Below the pieces are notes generated by a model, which worked only from the letters and a program-made list of their open reading frames with translations, searched no databases and was not told the DNA's origin. Below are positions 27,301-38,500 of a DNA stretch of 64,000 nucleotides, one piece after another. The stretch is taken from contig NC_135262.1 in the NCBI RefSeq assembly GCF_964204865.1, positions 7,502,001 through 7,566,000 on the forward strand, read 5' to 3'. Positions within the stretch are counted from its first letter, which is position 1. Each line of letters starts with the position of its first letter. A program made the position numbers and the translations under genes. The stretch is from Styela clava. Lineage: Eukaryota.

Positions 27301-28826
27301 GATGTTTCGTCACAGTCCTAAAATTGTTAATTGCAACAAATTGTTAAAGTATGGTATTATGGGATAAAATACCAAAGAGGGTTCATCATTTCAGGATAAA
27401 TAACAAGATATTCAACAAAAAAAACTAGTGCATTCATCATGATCATTTCAGCATGAACAGTTATAAAGGCTTCATTCAGTTTCTAAATTTCAAAACACTG
27501 ATTAGATAATCTTTTGTAGGGCTATGGAGTATGAACAAATGGTTTCATCACTGAAAAACAACAATAAAGATCAATCAAACCAACTTCAAGATATGCAAAA
27601 TCAACTCGAAGAAGCCCAGCAATTCAGAAAACATGCGGAAGAGGTAATTTCTGGATATTTAAACATTTCAACAAAAAAAACGTTAGACTCTGTGAGAGCA
27701 ATGTTGAAATATATGAACAAGGGGGTTGGGTATCAGTTGAAAAAAATGAAATGGAAAAAGGCCAAACGATGCTTCTTCCATATTCATGTACTAAAAATTT
27801 GATATTGATTGGTCCTTAGTCATAAAGAAAAGTGATTTTTCACAAATATTTAGCAAAATGGATCGGTCCGTATTCATCAAATATATTTAAATTGTATTTA
27901 TTTCATAACTGAAAATGCTTTTTTGATCACCATATTTTTTTGAGCGAATAACATCACAAAGTTGAATCTTTGTCTATGATGTATAAATGACATTTTAATA
28001 TGGGTGCTTTCCACTGCTTTGTACAGAGATGGGTGGGTTTTTCGTACAACTCCAAAATATGCAGGCATTCTTCTGGCCTTTATATTATCAATATTGTTTG
28101 TATGATTTATTCAGGAACTTGAAAAGATTCGGGCTAAAAAAGAAGAATTGATGACTGAAAATGCTGCTTTAGCTGGACATTCAAATCATCGTCAAAAAAT
28201 TCAGTATTTGATAAAATTCAAAGAGAAATACAATACACTTGAAATGGTGAGCTTTTTCAAATGGAGTATTTCAGTATTCAGTATTATCTATATATTCATT
28301 ACCTTTCAGCTGTTTTTCTAATTGTACTGAAATCCAGCATCAGTTACTATATACTAATTCATGCATATTTTCATTGTTCTCTGGGTTAGATGTTGATTGG
28401 GGTAATGGCATCTGACCCCATGTCAGTTGCTATTGGCATTTAGTGGTGCCCGCATCTTCACCCCTGGAGATCAATCCTGAGTGAATGCGCATTTGCTTTG
28501 AGAGTCGGGCAGTTGTGCGACCTGTAATTTAACCAATTAGTTGCATAGTCAGGCAATGTTAGTACAATAGGTATAGAACAACACCTTTGCAACTTATCTG
28601 TAGTTAATTATTGTATTCTCTGTTACAGGCACACACCAAAACAGCTATGGAACTGCAGAGAGCGTTGTTGGCTTTGAAGAAATATGAACCTGATTTTATT
28701 CCTTCTCGTAATGCTCTTACCGTTAATACCAGCAACATGAGCAATCATCGCTCACCTTTAAAGCCAAAAGATGTGAATGATCAAAATGAATGTCAGTTTA
28801 TAACAGAGGGAATAGAAAATGCATGA
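9355..28826 (+). CDS. KIF15: Kinesin-12 family motor KIF15, ~24 exons
   Basis: Exons read manually with phase-compatible junctions, starting at 9355, 9685, 10548, 11476, 12244, 12974, 14049, 14935, 15422, 16093, 16703, 17439, 18596, 20591, 21467, 22220, 23218, 24026, 25575, 26374, 27163, 27520, 28115 and 28629. Motor motifs: [43 protein letters not shown] long coiled coil and a C-terminal [13 protein letters not shown] (HMMR_C-like) motif identify KIF15. Confidence 0.9.
10960..11119 (+). mobile_element. Decayed Buster/Charlie hAT transposase C-terminal remnant (intronic)
   Basis: Translates with frameshifts and a stop to [16 protein letters not shown]...KTKYQTRL...KQIQISH*, the hAT dimerisation-domain pattern. 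Confidence 0.75.
11257..11420 (+). mobile_element. Degenerate tRNA-derived SINE (second family)
   Basis: A-box-like TGGCCTAGTGG and B-box-like GGTTAAATCCC; a related minus-strand copy lies at ~15170-15315. Boundaries approximate. Confidence 0.5.
13386..13700. mobile_element. Tc1/mariner (Tigger-like) MITE
   Basis: GTGATACCTCGGT... / ...ACCGAGGTTATCACTG-TA inverted ends; related fragment at ~12747-12930. Confidence 0.6.
14450..14709. mobile_element. hAT MITE
   Basis: CAGGGGTGTGCAA / TTGCACACACCTG; degenerate 8-bp TSD GTTTAAAC/ATTGAAAC. Confidence 0.75.
17020..17330 (+). mobile_element. Old diverged copy of the main tRNA-SINE family
   Basis: Colinear similarity to the reverse complement of 33002-33353 (CTCGCC..CGCACCTCT, GACTCC, CCCATACCC.AC, GGACGAGAGGC.GT, GCCATATG). 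Confidence 0.7.
17749..18248 (+). mobile_element. Internally deleted Buster/Charlie hAT element
   Basis: CAGTGTTTCTCA... / ...CAGGAACCCTG ends; contains [41 protein letters not shown], the transposase C-terminus. Confidence 0.8.
19552..20468. mobile_element. PIF/Harbinger-like non-autonomous element
   Basis: Inverted ends GGGCGCCATTCGCCAAACTT / AAGTTTGGCGAATGGGATCC flanked by CTG/CAG. Confidence 0.65.
24757..25531. mobile_element. hAT MITE
   Basis: Perfect 13-bp TIR CAGGGTGGTCCAA; perfect TSD ATCTATGC (24749-24756, 25532-25539). Confidence 0.92.
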
Positions 28827-30133
28827 CCAGAACGATGTGGATTAGTTGGAAGAGATAGATATTTTGTCATCCGCAACATAGAATGATAAAATGCCATATC
28901 AGTTTTATTGTTCTCTGTTATGTTGATTATTTTACATTAGAAATTGCTTTTTAAATGAGCGCTATTCATGAGAGACTATCGGACTGCAATATAGTTTGCA
29001 AATTTGATTCTTGAGGACTACTCGCTGCCTGTACTGCCAATCAAGCGTAATTTAAAAACTTCAGTCTTCGCTGGAGCTTTGACTAGATCTTATCATTAAT
29101 AGCTATTCGTTTGAATGACGTATTTGTTTTTGGTACCTCATTAACATATAAACTCAAAATATGTAATAATTTCTCAATCTCCTTTGATTTCAATGTAATG
29201 ACTTCACAGATATAATGATGCGACCATAGAATATAACAGCATTAATATGCGCTGCAAGTTTGTGATCCTCGTAATATATATTTTCAAATATTGAGTGATT
29301 TTAAAGTTCTATATACCGGTAATAGTTTGGCTGCATCAAGTCTAACAAAAACTTGGACAACTTGATAGAGTTTTATTATAAACCTTTTGGTATTCCCAGC
29401 AAGGTAAATGGTTCAATTTGGAATAGGCCCACTAATACAAGGTATCAAAACAATGCGATCAAAATGATGTAAGGGTGCTACTGCCAGATCTATCTTATAA
29501 TAATCTTGCGTAATTTTCTACATACCTTTGGTAAAGGCTCAAATGAGATGCTGGCCTTGATTGAATTGTCAGGCAAAGCTCTGCATTGTGAGGCATTGAC
29601 CACTTTCAACACAGTAGTCAATGCTTGCATCCCCTGCATGAATTCTCTTATTTTTTTCCTAATGTTTCTTTCATTAAGTTATATATTCACATCTAAACTA
29701 TTTTTACCAATATACTTGGAATTTTGAAAAAGCAAGTGAGGTATGATAAAAACCGATTTGCGTCTCTGGGAATTTTCTCTCTCGGAAAATGAACTTGCTG
29801 AACGGAGCTGTATTTTGGTATTAAAATATTTGCATTTTATTTGTAATCTATTGGCGTTTATACCTGTCCTAAACCAAAAAAATGTTCTATCCAATGTAAT
29901 ATTCGTTGTTTCATGAGAATTTACGTAGATTGCAAACAACTTCGTCTGAATTTGGCAGTCGTTATGACGATTCTTTCGATTAACTGAATTTTGGTAAAGA
30001 TTTCACACAGCATCAGGCATAATTGATGAAGTTAACTACTTTGACCTGAAGCTTACTATGTAAACACTCAAGGATGTGCATTATGTTCGAATCTGGAATA
30101 GCATAAAACCAAGTGGGCAAGTGAATTCCATTT

Positions 30134-30462
30134 AGGATAGGATTTACATATTTATCCCGGGGGAGAGGAAAGCCGATAAGACGGCTTATCCATATGGCGA
30201 ACCACAGCCTCTCGTCCGGTTACCATTACAAGTCTGGTATGGGATTAGTTATATTGTTTGTTTTCGGAAGCATTGACTTGGTGGTGGAGGAAGCCGTAAC
30301 CGACCAGCGGTTACGTGAACTACCCAACGACGGCGAGGAGTCCAGCAATCCTCTCGCACATAACCATCTCTGCATGGGATTCGAACCTGCGAGCAGAGTA
30401 ATTAGAGGTGCGGTGGCGAGCGTATTCCTAACGCTTAGCCCGTTGAGCCACATCGCCGCGCC
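30134..30462 (-). mobile_element. tRNA-derived SINE with (ATCCT)n tail
   Basis: Minus strand: A box TGGCTCAACGGG, B box GGTTCGAATCC, tandem ATCCT tail; very similar to the copies at 33002 and 33737. Confidence 0.9.
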
Positions 30463-31157
30463 TAATTTCAATAGAAAATGCAAGTCTGGTGTGAGTGCTC
30501 ACCAAGAGGCAGATAGATCAATTAATCATCATTTTATTCGTCAGCACAAAATAAACGTATCATAAGAAAAATACGTTTCAGACACAATGGGAATCTAACT
30601 TAAGTTGTGTGACAGGAGTCGCGAGGGACCTCGTAATGTCTTCAGGCAGCGATCGCCAATATTCTCCCGTTAGTTTCAAACTTGCCGATGTCACATGGTT
30701 GTGATTTGGACATAATGGTGAGAACGACAAACTTGAACCAATGGAAAGATTGCGATTATATTCTAGTAATGTTTATAAAAGATCTTCCTCGTCATTAAGA
30801 GGCGAAAAAACATGAATATCACGAAACATTTCTGCCGCGAGAATTGTCGCTCTTGGTACGCCATGACGTCATAAAGGATTATTTGTCGAAGTTGGTTTTT
30901 AAGCTTGAAGCCTTTGGTAATGATCACAGTGCTGCCTACGCGTTACAGGTCTTGTAAACGGAATGATTGTTATGCCCGAGATATTTTGATATCGTAAAAA
31001 AATTCGCTAAGTTCAGTCGTAAGCTTAGACGGCCGTTTTTAATCGGTAAATTGGCGTAAAGGGTAAACTACCGGTACCGTACCATCGGTCAGTAAAGACT
31101 ATTTTGCCCATTTGCTAGACTGGCCTTTCTTTATGTACTAAGGTCAGATCATGTAGG

Positions 31158-31320
31158 CAATAGACAATAGACAATAAGTTTATTTCGTCGTGCAAGAAAT
31201 CACAACACAAATTCAGTATTACAGTACACTTCAAATACAGTAACGGATTTCATCGCAATTGACAGGAAGTCGCGAAGGACCAGGAATGGTCATCACAAGT
31301 CTGCGACACCAAGATTAAAA
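31158..31320 (-). mobile_element. Probable 3' end of a truncated retroposon (L2/CR1-type tail)
   Basis: Minus strand ends AATAAAC-(TATTGTC)n. The TGACAGGA.GTCGCGA.GGACC block is shared with 30610-30660. The 5' boundary is unclear. Confidence 0.45.
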
Positions 31321-32299
31321 ACGAGTCAATAATAAAAAATTGAAATAAGGGAAAGCAATATGCACAAAGAAAAGCTTATCCATTCATAAATTAACCAACA
31401 AGGTTGGTATGAATCATTATATATGATTTGGGAGAGAAAGTAAAAGTAAAAGTCGGGAAAATTCAATTGATATACAGTAATTATAAAAATAAATCACCAT
31501 ATCATTCAGCTGTGTTTTTGTACAATTGCAGCGATTAAATTTTTATATATTGTCATATGCAACATTAAATTGAGCGATCATTTTATTTGATGAGAAAAAT
31601 TAAATTAAGCAACCTCTATGTACGAATTATAAGGCACAATTCATACTCAATGTACAACCATCCACATAAAACTTTTAGGGTAGAAAATAAAATTTGGCAC
31701 CAGGCCGATGTTAGGCGCATATATCCAGATCGGAGGCGACTCCAACCACATCTTAGTTACAGTTGGTTAGCTACGGAGGGCAATCATTTGTCAACGAACT
31801 GGAAAATTGTTCAGGTTGCTGAGCGACCGCACGCGCTAATTGAATCATCCAGTAGGCCGGGCCTCTTTGACAATAACAGTCTGACAAAACCCCTTTGCTT
31901 TTCCGTGCGGACATCCATTAGCGGTACCATGTCTCATTTTGATTCCCAGACATTACGGTACAACAGTGGTGACTTGAATTGTACAAATCTTGTGTAAATC
32001 AAATATTGCACTCATCTACCGACCAGTATGAATTTCATGGCCTTTTCCCGCGAGAAATCGGGCGTACAGTCCCGGCGTGAAAAATTAGAAACCTCGGAGT
32101 GCAATTAGTGACCGCGACACGCCAAACGTCCGCATGCAGAGATACCGAGATCGCGTGAAAACCTATATTTTCAGCCACGTTCAACTCTTGCAGTCCGCAG
32201 AAATTTTTGAAATAAGTATGAGTAATAAGAAAAAATGGCAACAAAATCAATGTTCAACCACTGAAAATTTCAAAGCAATTGGTCCAGTATTTGAAGTAA

Positions 32300-32520
32300 G
32301 GCGCGAGCCGAGGCCCTGAAAAACGCCTAGAAAGTGAGTTTCGTAGCGCACATCAGGTAACTACCTGAAAATAATTTAAAAATGTTCCTTAAAAATTTAG
32401 TAACAAATATTGCCTTGTTCCCACTTCCAAAAGTTGCACGTTTTACAGAAAAGACGCTTTTCAGGTAGTTACCTTATGTGCGCTGCGAAACTGAAAGATA
32501 AATGGCCTCGGCTCGCGGCC
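32300..32520. mobile_element. PIF/Harbinger (Tourist-like) MITE
   Basis: TIR GGC(C)GCGAGCCGAGGCC with extended inner inverted repeats (CAGGTAACTACCTGAAA); TAA on both flanks. Confidence 0.8.
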
Positions 32521-33001
32521 TAAAGAGAAAAGCGATTTCAACATGACGAAGGAGAAAAAGAACAACAACATAATATTGAAACGATCGTTGTGTACACTGA
32601 CGTGTCCAAAAACAAGTATAAAATTATTTGGACGAAACAGTGCAACCAACGACTACCAGTGCAACTGATTGCTTTGACGCAAACCACGGTGACGATGCGT
32701 ATTTTTGTTTAGGTCAAAGGTCAAATAATTGACGCGAACAAAACGCAAACAGGCTAAAAAGCCTTGCGTTTCAAGACTGGTCTATTTACAGATTTAGTTG
32801 ATAATCGTCATGTTTTTGGCGCGCTTTTGAGTTCGCTATTTGATTAAGGCGTATAATTAAGCACTAGCCTAGTATTGTAACCTGAATTTGCAGAAGGCCT
32901 GAAGTACGGTATGCCAGATGGAGACGACGAGGAGGAGGCAAATGAAGAAAGTGATAGAATGGAAGAAGAAGAAGAATTTGTAGAACACGTAAATACTTTT
33001 A

Positions 33002-33353
33002 GGATAGGATAGGATAGGATTTACATATTTATCCCGGGGGAGAGGAAAGCCGATAAGACGGCTTATCCATATGGCGAACCACGGCCTCTCGTCCGGTTAC
33101 CATTCCAAGTCGGGTATGGGATTAGTTTTACTGTATTGTTTGTTTTCGGAAGCATGGACTTGGTGGTGGAGGAAGCCGTAACCGACCAGCGGTTACGTGA
33201 ACCACCCAACGACGGCGAGGAGTCCAGCAATCCTCTCGCACATAACCATCCCTGCATGGGATTCGAACCTGCGAACCCACGCAGAGTAATTAGAGGTGCG
33301 GTGGCGAGCGTATTCCTAACGCTTAGCCCGTTGAGCCACACCGCCGCGCCGGG
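33002..33353 (-). mobile_element. tRNA-derived SINE inserted in LINE ORF1
   Basis: A and B boxes, (ATCCT)n tail, TSD CTTTTA (32996-33001, 33354-33359). Confidence 0.92.
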
Positions 33354-33736
33354 CTTTTAACATCAAATTTCCCTACAACAGATGGTTGAAAAGAGAAGAA
33401 ATAAAGAAATTGATATATGATCAAACGGCAATAGGAAGCATATCTAGCATATACTTTTTGGATAAGAAGAGCTGCTGGAGGATCAAATTGAAAACCAAAG
33501 AATTCTATGATAAAATAATCAAAAATGGAATTTCATACAAACACCAGGAAAATGTATACAATGCCAAACCAGAAGAGGTATATTCTAATGCCACTGAGGT
33601 AACACTCAGCTATGTACCTGTGGAAGTACCAGACAACACAATTAATAAAATTTTATCAAAATTTGGGGAGATAAAGTCGTTCAACAGATATTTGGACGAT
33701 GATGGTACGGAAAACGGAATCAGAAAGTGCAAAATA

Positions 33737-34090
33737 GGATAGGATAGGATTGGATTTACATATTTATCCCGGGGGAGAGGAAAGCCGATAAGACGGCTTA
33801 TCCATATGGCGAACCACGGCCTCTCGCCCGGTTACCATTCCAAGTCGGGTATGGGATTAGTTTTTACTGTATTGTTTGTTTTCGGAAGCATGGACTTGGT
33901 GGTGGAGGAAGCCGTAACCGACCAGCGGTTACGTGAACCACCCAACGACGGCGAGGAGTCCAGCAATCCTCTCGCACATAACCATCCCTGCATGGGATTC
34001 GAACCTGCGAACCCACGCAGAGTAATTAGAGGTGCGGTGGCGAGCGTATTCCTAACGCTTAGCCCGTTGAGCCACACCGCCGCGCCAACC
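33737..34090 (-). mobile_element. tRNA-derived SINE inserted in LINE ORF1
   Basis: Nearly identical to 33002-33353; TSD AAATA (33732-33736, 34091-34095). Confidence 0.92.
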
Positions 34091-35505
34091 AAATAATCAT
34101 GCATAGTGACATTCCACCAATAGTCAGACTTCCAAGTAGCTGTACAGGTGATGAATTTGGGGTTTATTACACCACAAGACCAGCTAACTTGAGGAAATTT
34201 GACAATTGGTGTTACATATGCCATTCTCTAAGTCACGAAGTGGAGGCTTGTCCAAGACGAAGGAAATGCAAATATTGTGGAGGAAAAGGAAAACCCCATT
34301 TAGAGAAAGATTGTATTGAGAAAAAACAAATCCAAAAAAGTCAAAATGCTAATCAAGAAAATACTGAAAATACAGATACGTCAAAATCTTATGAAAGAGC
34401 TGCCAGAGATCAAACCGTTTCCGTAATCAGTGAAATAACAAAAGAATTACAGAAACAAACAAGTGTAAACAAACAAAATACACAGTCACCATCAACAAAA
34501 ACTGGAAATAAAAATATATCCCAGAATAATGCCGGAGTCTCAAACTCAGGGCAAGAAATAACTAGAGGGAATCCAATAAATAACGTTGAGATGAGAAATA
34601 CAATACAAAAAACAATAAATCCTGAATCCTCGAAGAAAATAACAAATACCACAATAGATACTAGGTCAGCAAATAGCAATGTTGCGAAGATAAATCCCAG
34701 GAAGGACAAGAGCGCCGAGAATAAACCAGACTCATCAATGGAAGCCACTGAAACTGAAAATATGTTAACAGCCAGCAACCAGTCGGAGAACAAGAATGAA
34801 ATTCTACTCATTGGCGACTCCCAGATGGCGCACATGCAAAGAAAAATTAAAAACAAAAAGATTATAAAAAGAACTTACTCAGGAGGAACTTTTGAACGCA
34901 TAACCTTCGAAATAGAAAATGAACAAAGGAAATTTGGAAAAATTGTTGTTTATGCAGGTACAAACGATACCCATAAAACAGACGACGAAATTAAACAAGA
35001 TATACGGGAAATGATACACAAAGCAAGGGAATATAGTGACAATGTTTATATCTGTGGCATCATACCAATTCATGGAAGAAGTGCTGGTAAATATGGTTGT
35101 GACAGGATTAACAAACAACTTGAAAAAGAAGCACTGAAACAAGGAGTAGTATTTGTCCCAAAACCAGATTCTTTCTCAGAAGAAAAAATCATGGACAGCT
35201 ATTATTTAGATGATATGATGCATCTCAGTGCAACAGGAGCGGAAGTAGTCATCGAAAATATAAACGAATATGTGACACTTAGAGAACCAAAGCTAAAAAG
35301 GGCGACAGACGACAGCCCTCCAATAGCCAAGAAGCATGTGAAAAAATACCAACATGCATTGGATAAAACTGGAAGTTGAAACTCAACTACACTGATACAT
35401 GCAATTTGATAGCCCACATTAGCTCGTATTAGAAGTGAAGTATTTTTTTGCTTTCATAGGGAGATATTATCATAGTTTTCTTTTTCTTCATACAGGATAC
35501 ACATC

Positions 35506-38500
35506 ATGCATTTTAAAGAGGGAGTAAAGGTTTTAACTTATAACGTTAAGGGAATTCGAAACATGGCTAAAAGAAAATCAATTTTTGAATTTTTAAAAAG
35601 GGGAAAATCAGACATAATTTGCCTGCAAGAAACGCATTGTGGGTCAGATGAAGAAGCAGACGATTGGACAAAGGAATGGGGGAATAACGCATTTTGGTCC
35701 GTAAGTTCTAATATAACATGTGGTGTAGCAATTTTATTTTCAAGTAAAATGGATTCAGACTTATTTATTAAAGAAATTGACATAAATGGTAGATATATAA
35801 TTTTGACTTGGCAATCATCTGAATCTCTCCATATGTTAATAAATATATATGCACCAAATTCTTGTAGGGATAGAAAAGAATTTTTTGAGTTTATTGATAG
35901 TAAAATTGAATTTTATATAAGTTTGTTAACAACTCCACTATATCAAATTTGGCTGGGAGGTGACTTTAATTGCGTGTTAGATAAACTAGATAAATACCCG
36001 GAACAAAATTTCAGAAGAGATAATAGTATTGTAAAATTGGAGGAAATTATAGATAAATGGAATCTTGTTGATATTTGGCGTCATTTAAATTTAAATTCTA
36101 AAGTATATACATGGAAACAAAAAAGAGGCTGTTCGCGAATGGCCCAGAGTCGTTTAGATAGATGGTATTTATCTTCAAATCAAATCTATAATGTTATTAG
36201 AACAGATGTTGAAATGGCCACCTTTTCTGACCACTATCCATTTCAAATTGTTACTTCATCCTTTAAAAATGTAAAAAGAGGACCGGGTTATTGGAAATTT
36301 AATGCACAACTGATTGAATTTGAGTATTTTATCCTGGGAATTGAATCAATACTACAGGCATGGCATTTTAAATTATGTAACTTGGATGATGCAGAAAAGG
36401 GAGCTTTTTGGGACACATGTAAATCCAAAATAAAAATATGGGCAATCCATTGTAGTAAAATAAAAAAAGAATCAGACAATCAAAGGGAAGATAAATTACT
36501 AGTAAAATATAGAGAAGCATACAGGGAAATGCAAGATAATATAGAGGATGAGGACACTCATCAAGCAATACATGATACAGAATTAGAAATTAAGGAGTAT
36601 TATGAACAAAAATCCAAGGGGGCAATAATTAGGGCTAGAGTTAATTGGGCGGAAAAAGGGGAAAAATCGAATAAATATTTTTTGAATTTAGAGAAATCTA
36701 AAGGTAAAGCAAAAATGTTCAAATCTTTGAGGAAATCTGACAACTCTTTAGTTTATACATGTAAAGAAATTCAGGAAGAACAGGTCCAATTTTATAAAAA
36801 TCTGTATCAAAGTGATGAAAATTTGGACGTTAATATTCAAAATTATTTATTAAATAATTATCAGCAAAAAGTGTCAGATGAGCAAAAACAAGAAATGGAT
36901 AACGATTTAACAGAAGAGGAATTGGAAAATGCGTTCAAACAAATGAAGTTAAATAAATCCCCCGGCCTAGATGGTTTAACAAAAGAGTTTTATGTCAAAT
37001 TTTGGAAACAATTGCGCCCAATTCTCTTACTAATCTATAATAGTTATCATAAACAATCATGTCTGTCTCAGAACACAAGTCTTGGTGTAATAACTTTACT
37101 TTATAAAAAAGGAGATAAAAATGATATAAAAAATTGGAGACCTATTACTCTACTTAATTTCGAATATAAATTAATCGCAAAAGTTTTAGCTTTGAGAATG
37201 AAAGCAGTACTGCCTGATATAATAAATCATGACCAAACAGGATTTATTGAAGGAAGAACGATTCATGAAAATTTATTAACAATAAGAGATGACATTTTTT
37301 GGGCGAATAAACAAAACCAACCGTTAATAATTTTTAGTATAGACCAAGAAAAGGCTTACGATACTGTTGATAGAGTTTTGTTACTAAGAATATTAAAAAA
37401 AGTTAATTTTGGTAATTATTTCATTCGATGGGTCAATACCCTATTTAACAACACCAATGCAAAAATAATAACAAATGGATTTTTATCAAAGCAATTTAGT
37501 ATAACACGAGGAGTTAGACAAGGTTGCCCCCTTGCCCCACTTTTATATATTATAATGTCCGAATTGTTAGCATCCAGCATCAGATACAATAGAGCAATAA
37601 TAGGTTTTCAAAATTGTGCAGGAGATAGAGAGAAATATAAAGGTTTTGCGGATGACACTATTGTCACAGTAGAAAGTTTATCCTCCATAGATGAAGTATT
37701 AAAATTAATGGCAGAATTTGAAAAAGCTACAGGCTTGAGAATAAATATTCCAAAATGCAACATAATGTTGTGTGGGTCAGCAAAACGGCTAAACTTAGGA
37801 CCTTCATACAAGGGTATTCAAATTCAAGAAGAGCTTAAAATTCTAGGAGCTTATATAGGAAACAATGTTGTATCAAGAGATAAAAACTGGTTGAAAATCA
37901 TTAACTCAATTCAAAATGTAGTAAATTTATGGCAGGGACGAAAGTTATCAATGATAGGAAAAATTATTATTGTCAAATCATTAATGTTATCCAAAGTGTG
38001 GCACATTGCCAATTTTGAAATTATGCCAGGAAACTTCGTTCGAAAATTAGAATCTATAATATGGAAATTCATTTGGAATAATAAAACTCAACTAGTGTCA
38101 AGACAAATTACATCTAATATTTTCACATCCGGAGGTTTGAATATGTTAGACCTCAGGAGCCAAATAAAAGCTCTTCAGGTCAAATGGATTTTTAAAATCC
38201 TCAAAAACGAGAGTAGGCCATGGAGTAAAAGAGCCAATTATTTTATTAATAATTATTGTAATATTTTGTCCAAAGATAATTTGGAATGTCTGTATTTGAA
38301 AGTCCAATTTGACAAAGTAACTACCATACCTAATTTTTATACCGCCATTATCAATTCATTCAAGGATATTAAGTTGGAGAGAAATCATCCCTTTAATATT
38401 ACAGAGGTTAAAAATGAAATTTTATGGTACAATCCCTTAATCTCAGAGCAAAATTATAGATTTTCGTCCAAATGGATCCAAGCAAAAGTCATTTCTGTGG

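Larger units (their letters stand above)
32911..35379 (+). pseudogene. LINE ORF1 (RRM-like, two Zn knuckles, SGNH esterase) interrupted by two SINEs
   Basis: Joining 32911-33001, 33360-33736 and 34096-35379 gives one open frame of 583 aa. It contains CYICHSLSHEVEAC and CKYCGGKGKPHLEKDC, and SGNH blocks GDSQ / GGT / GTND / DMMH. Confidence 0.85.

Noticed and set aside
32812-32824. TTTTGGCG shared by the LINE TSD and the Foldback target site
   Set aside because: Unrelated integration mechanisms and only two cases; most likely coincidence or a general promoter bias.
33240-33350. Possible tRNA genes (A and B boxes)
   Set aside because: No full cloverleaf; they are SINE heads followed by a body, tandem tail and TSDs.
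30194-34224. Recurring ORFs MANH.../MWLNGLSVRNTL...
   Set aside because: They are translations of the SINE copies.
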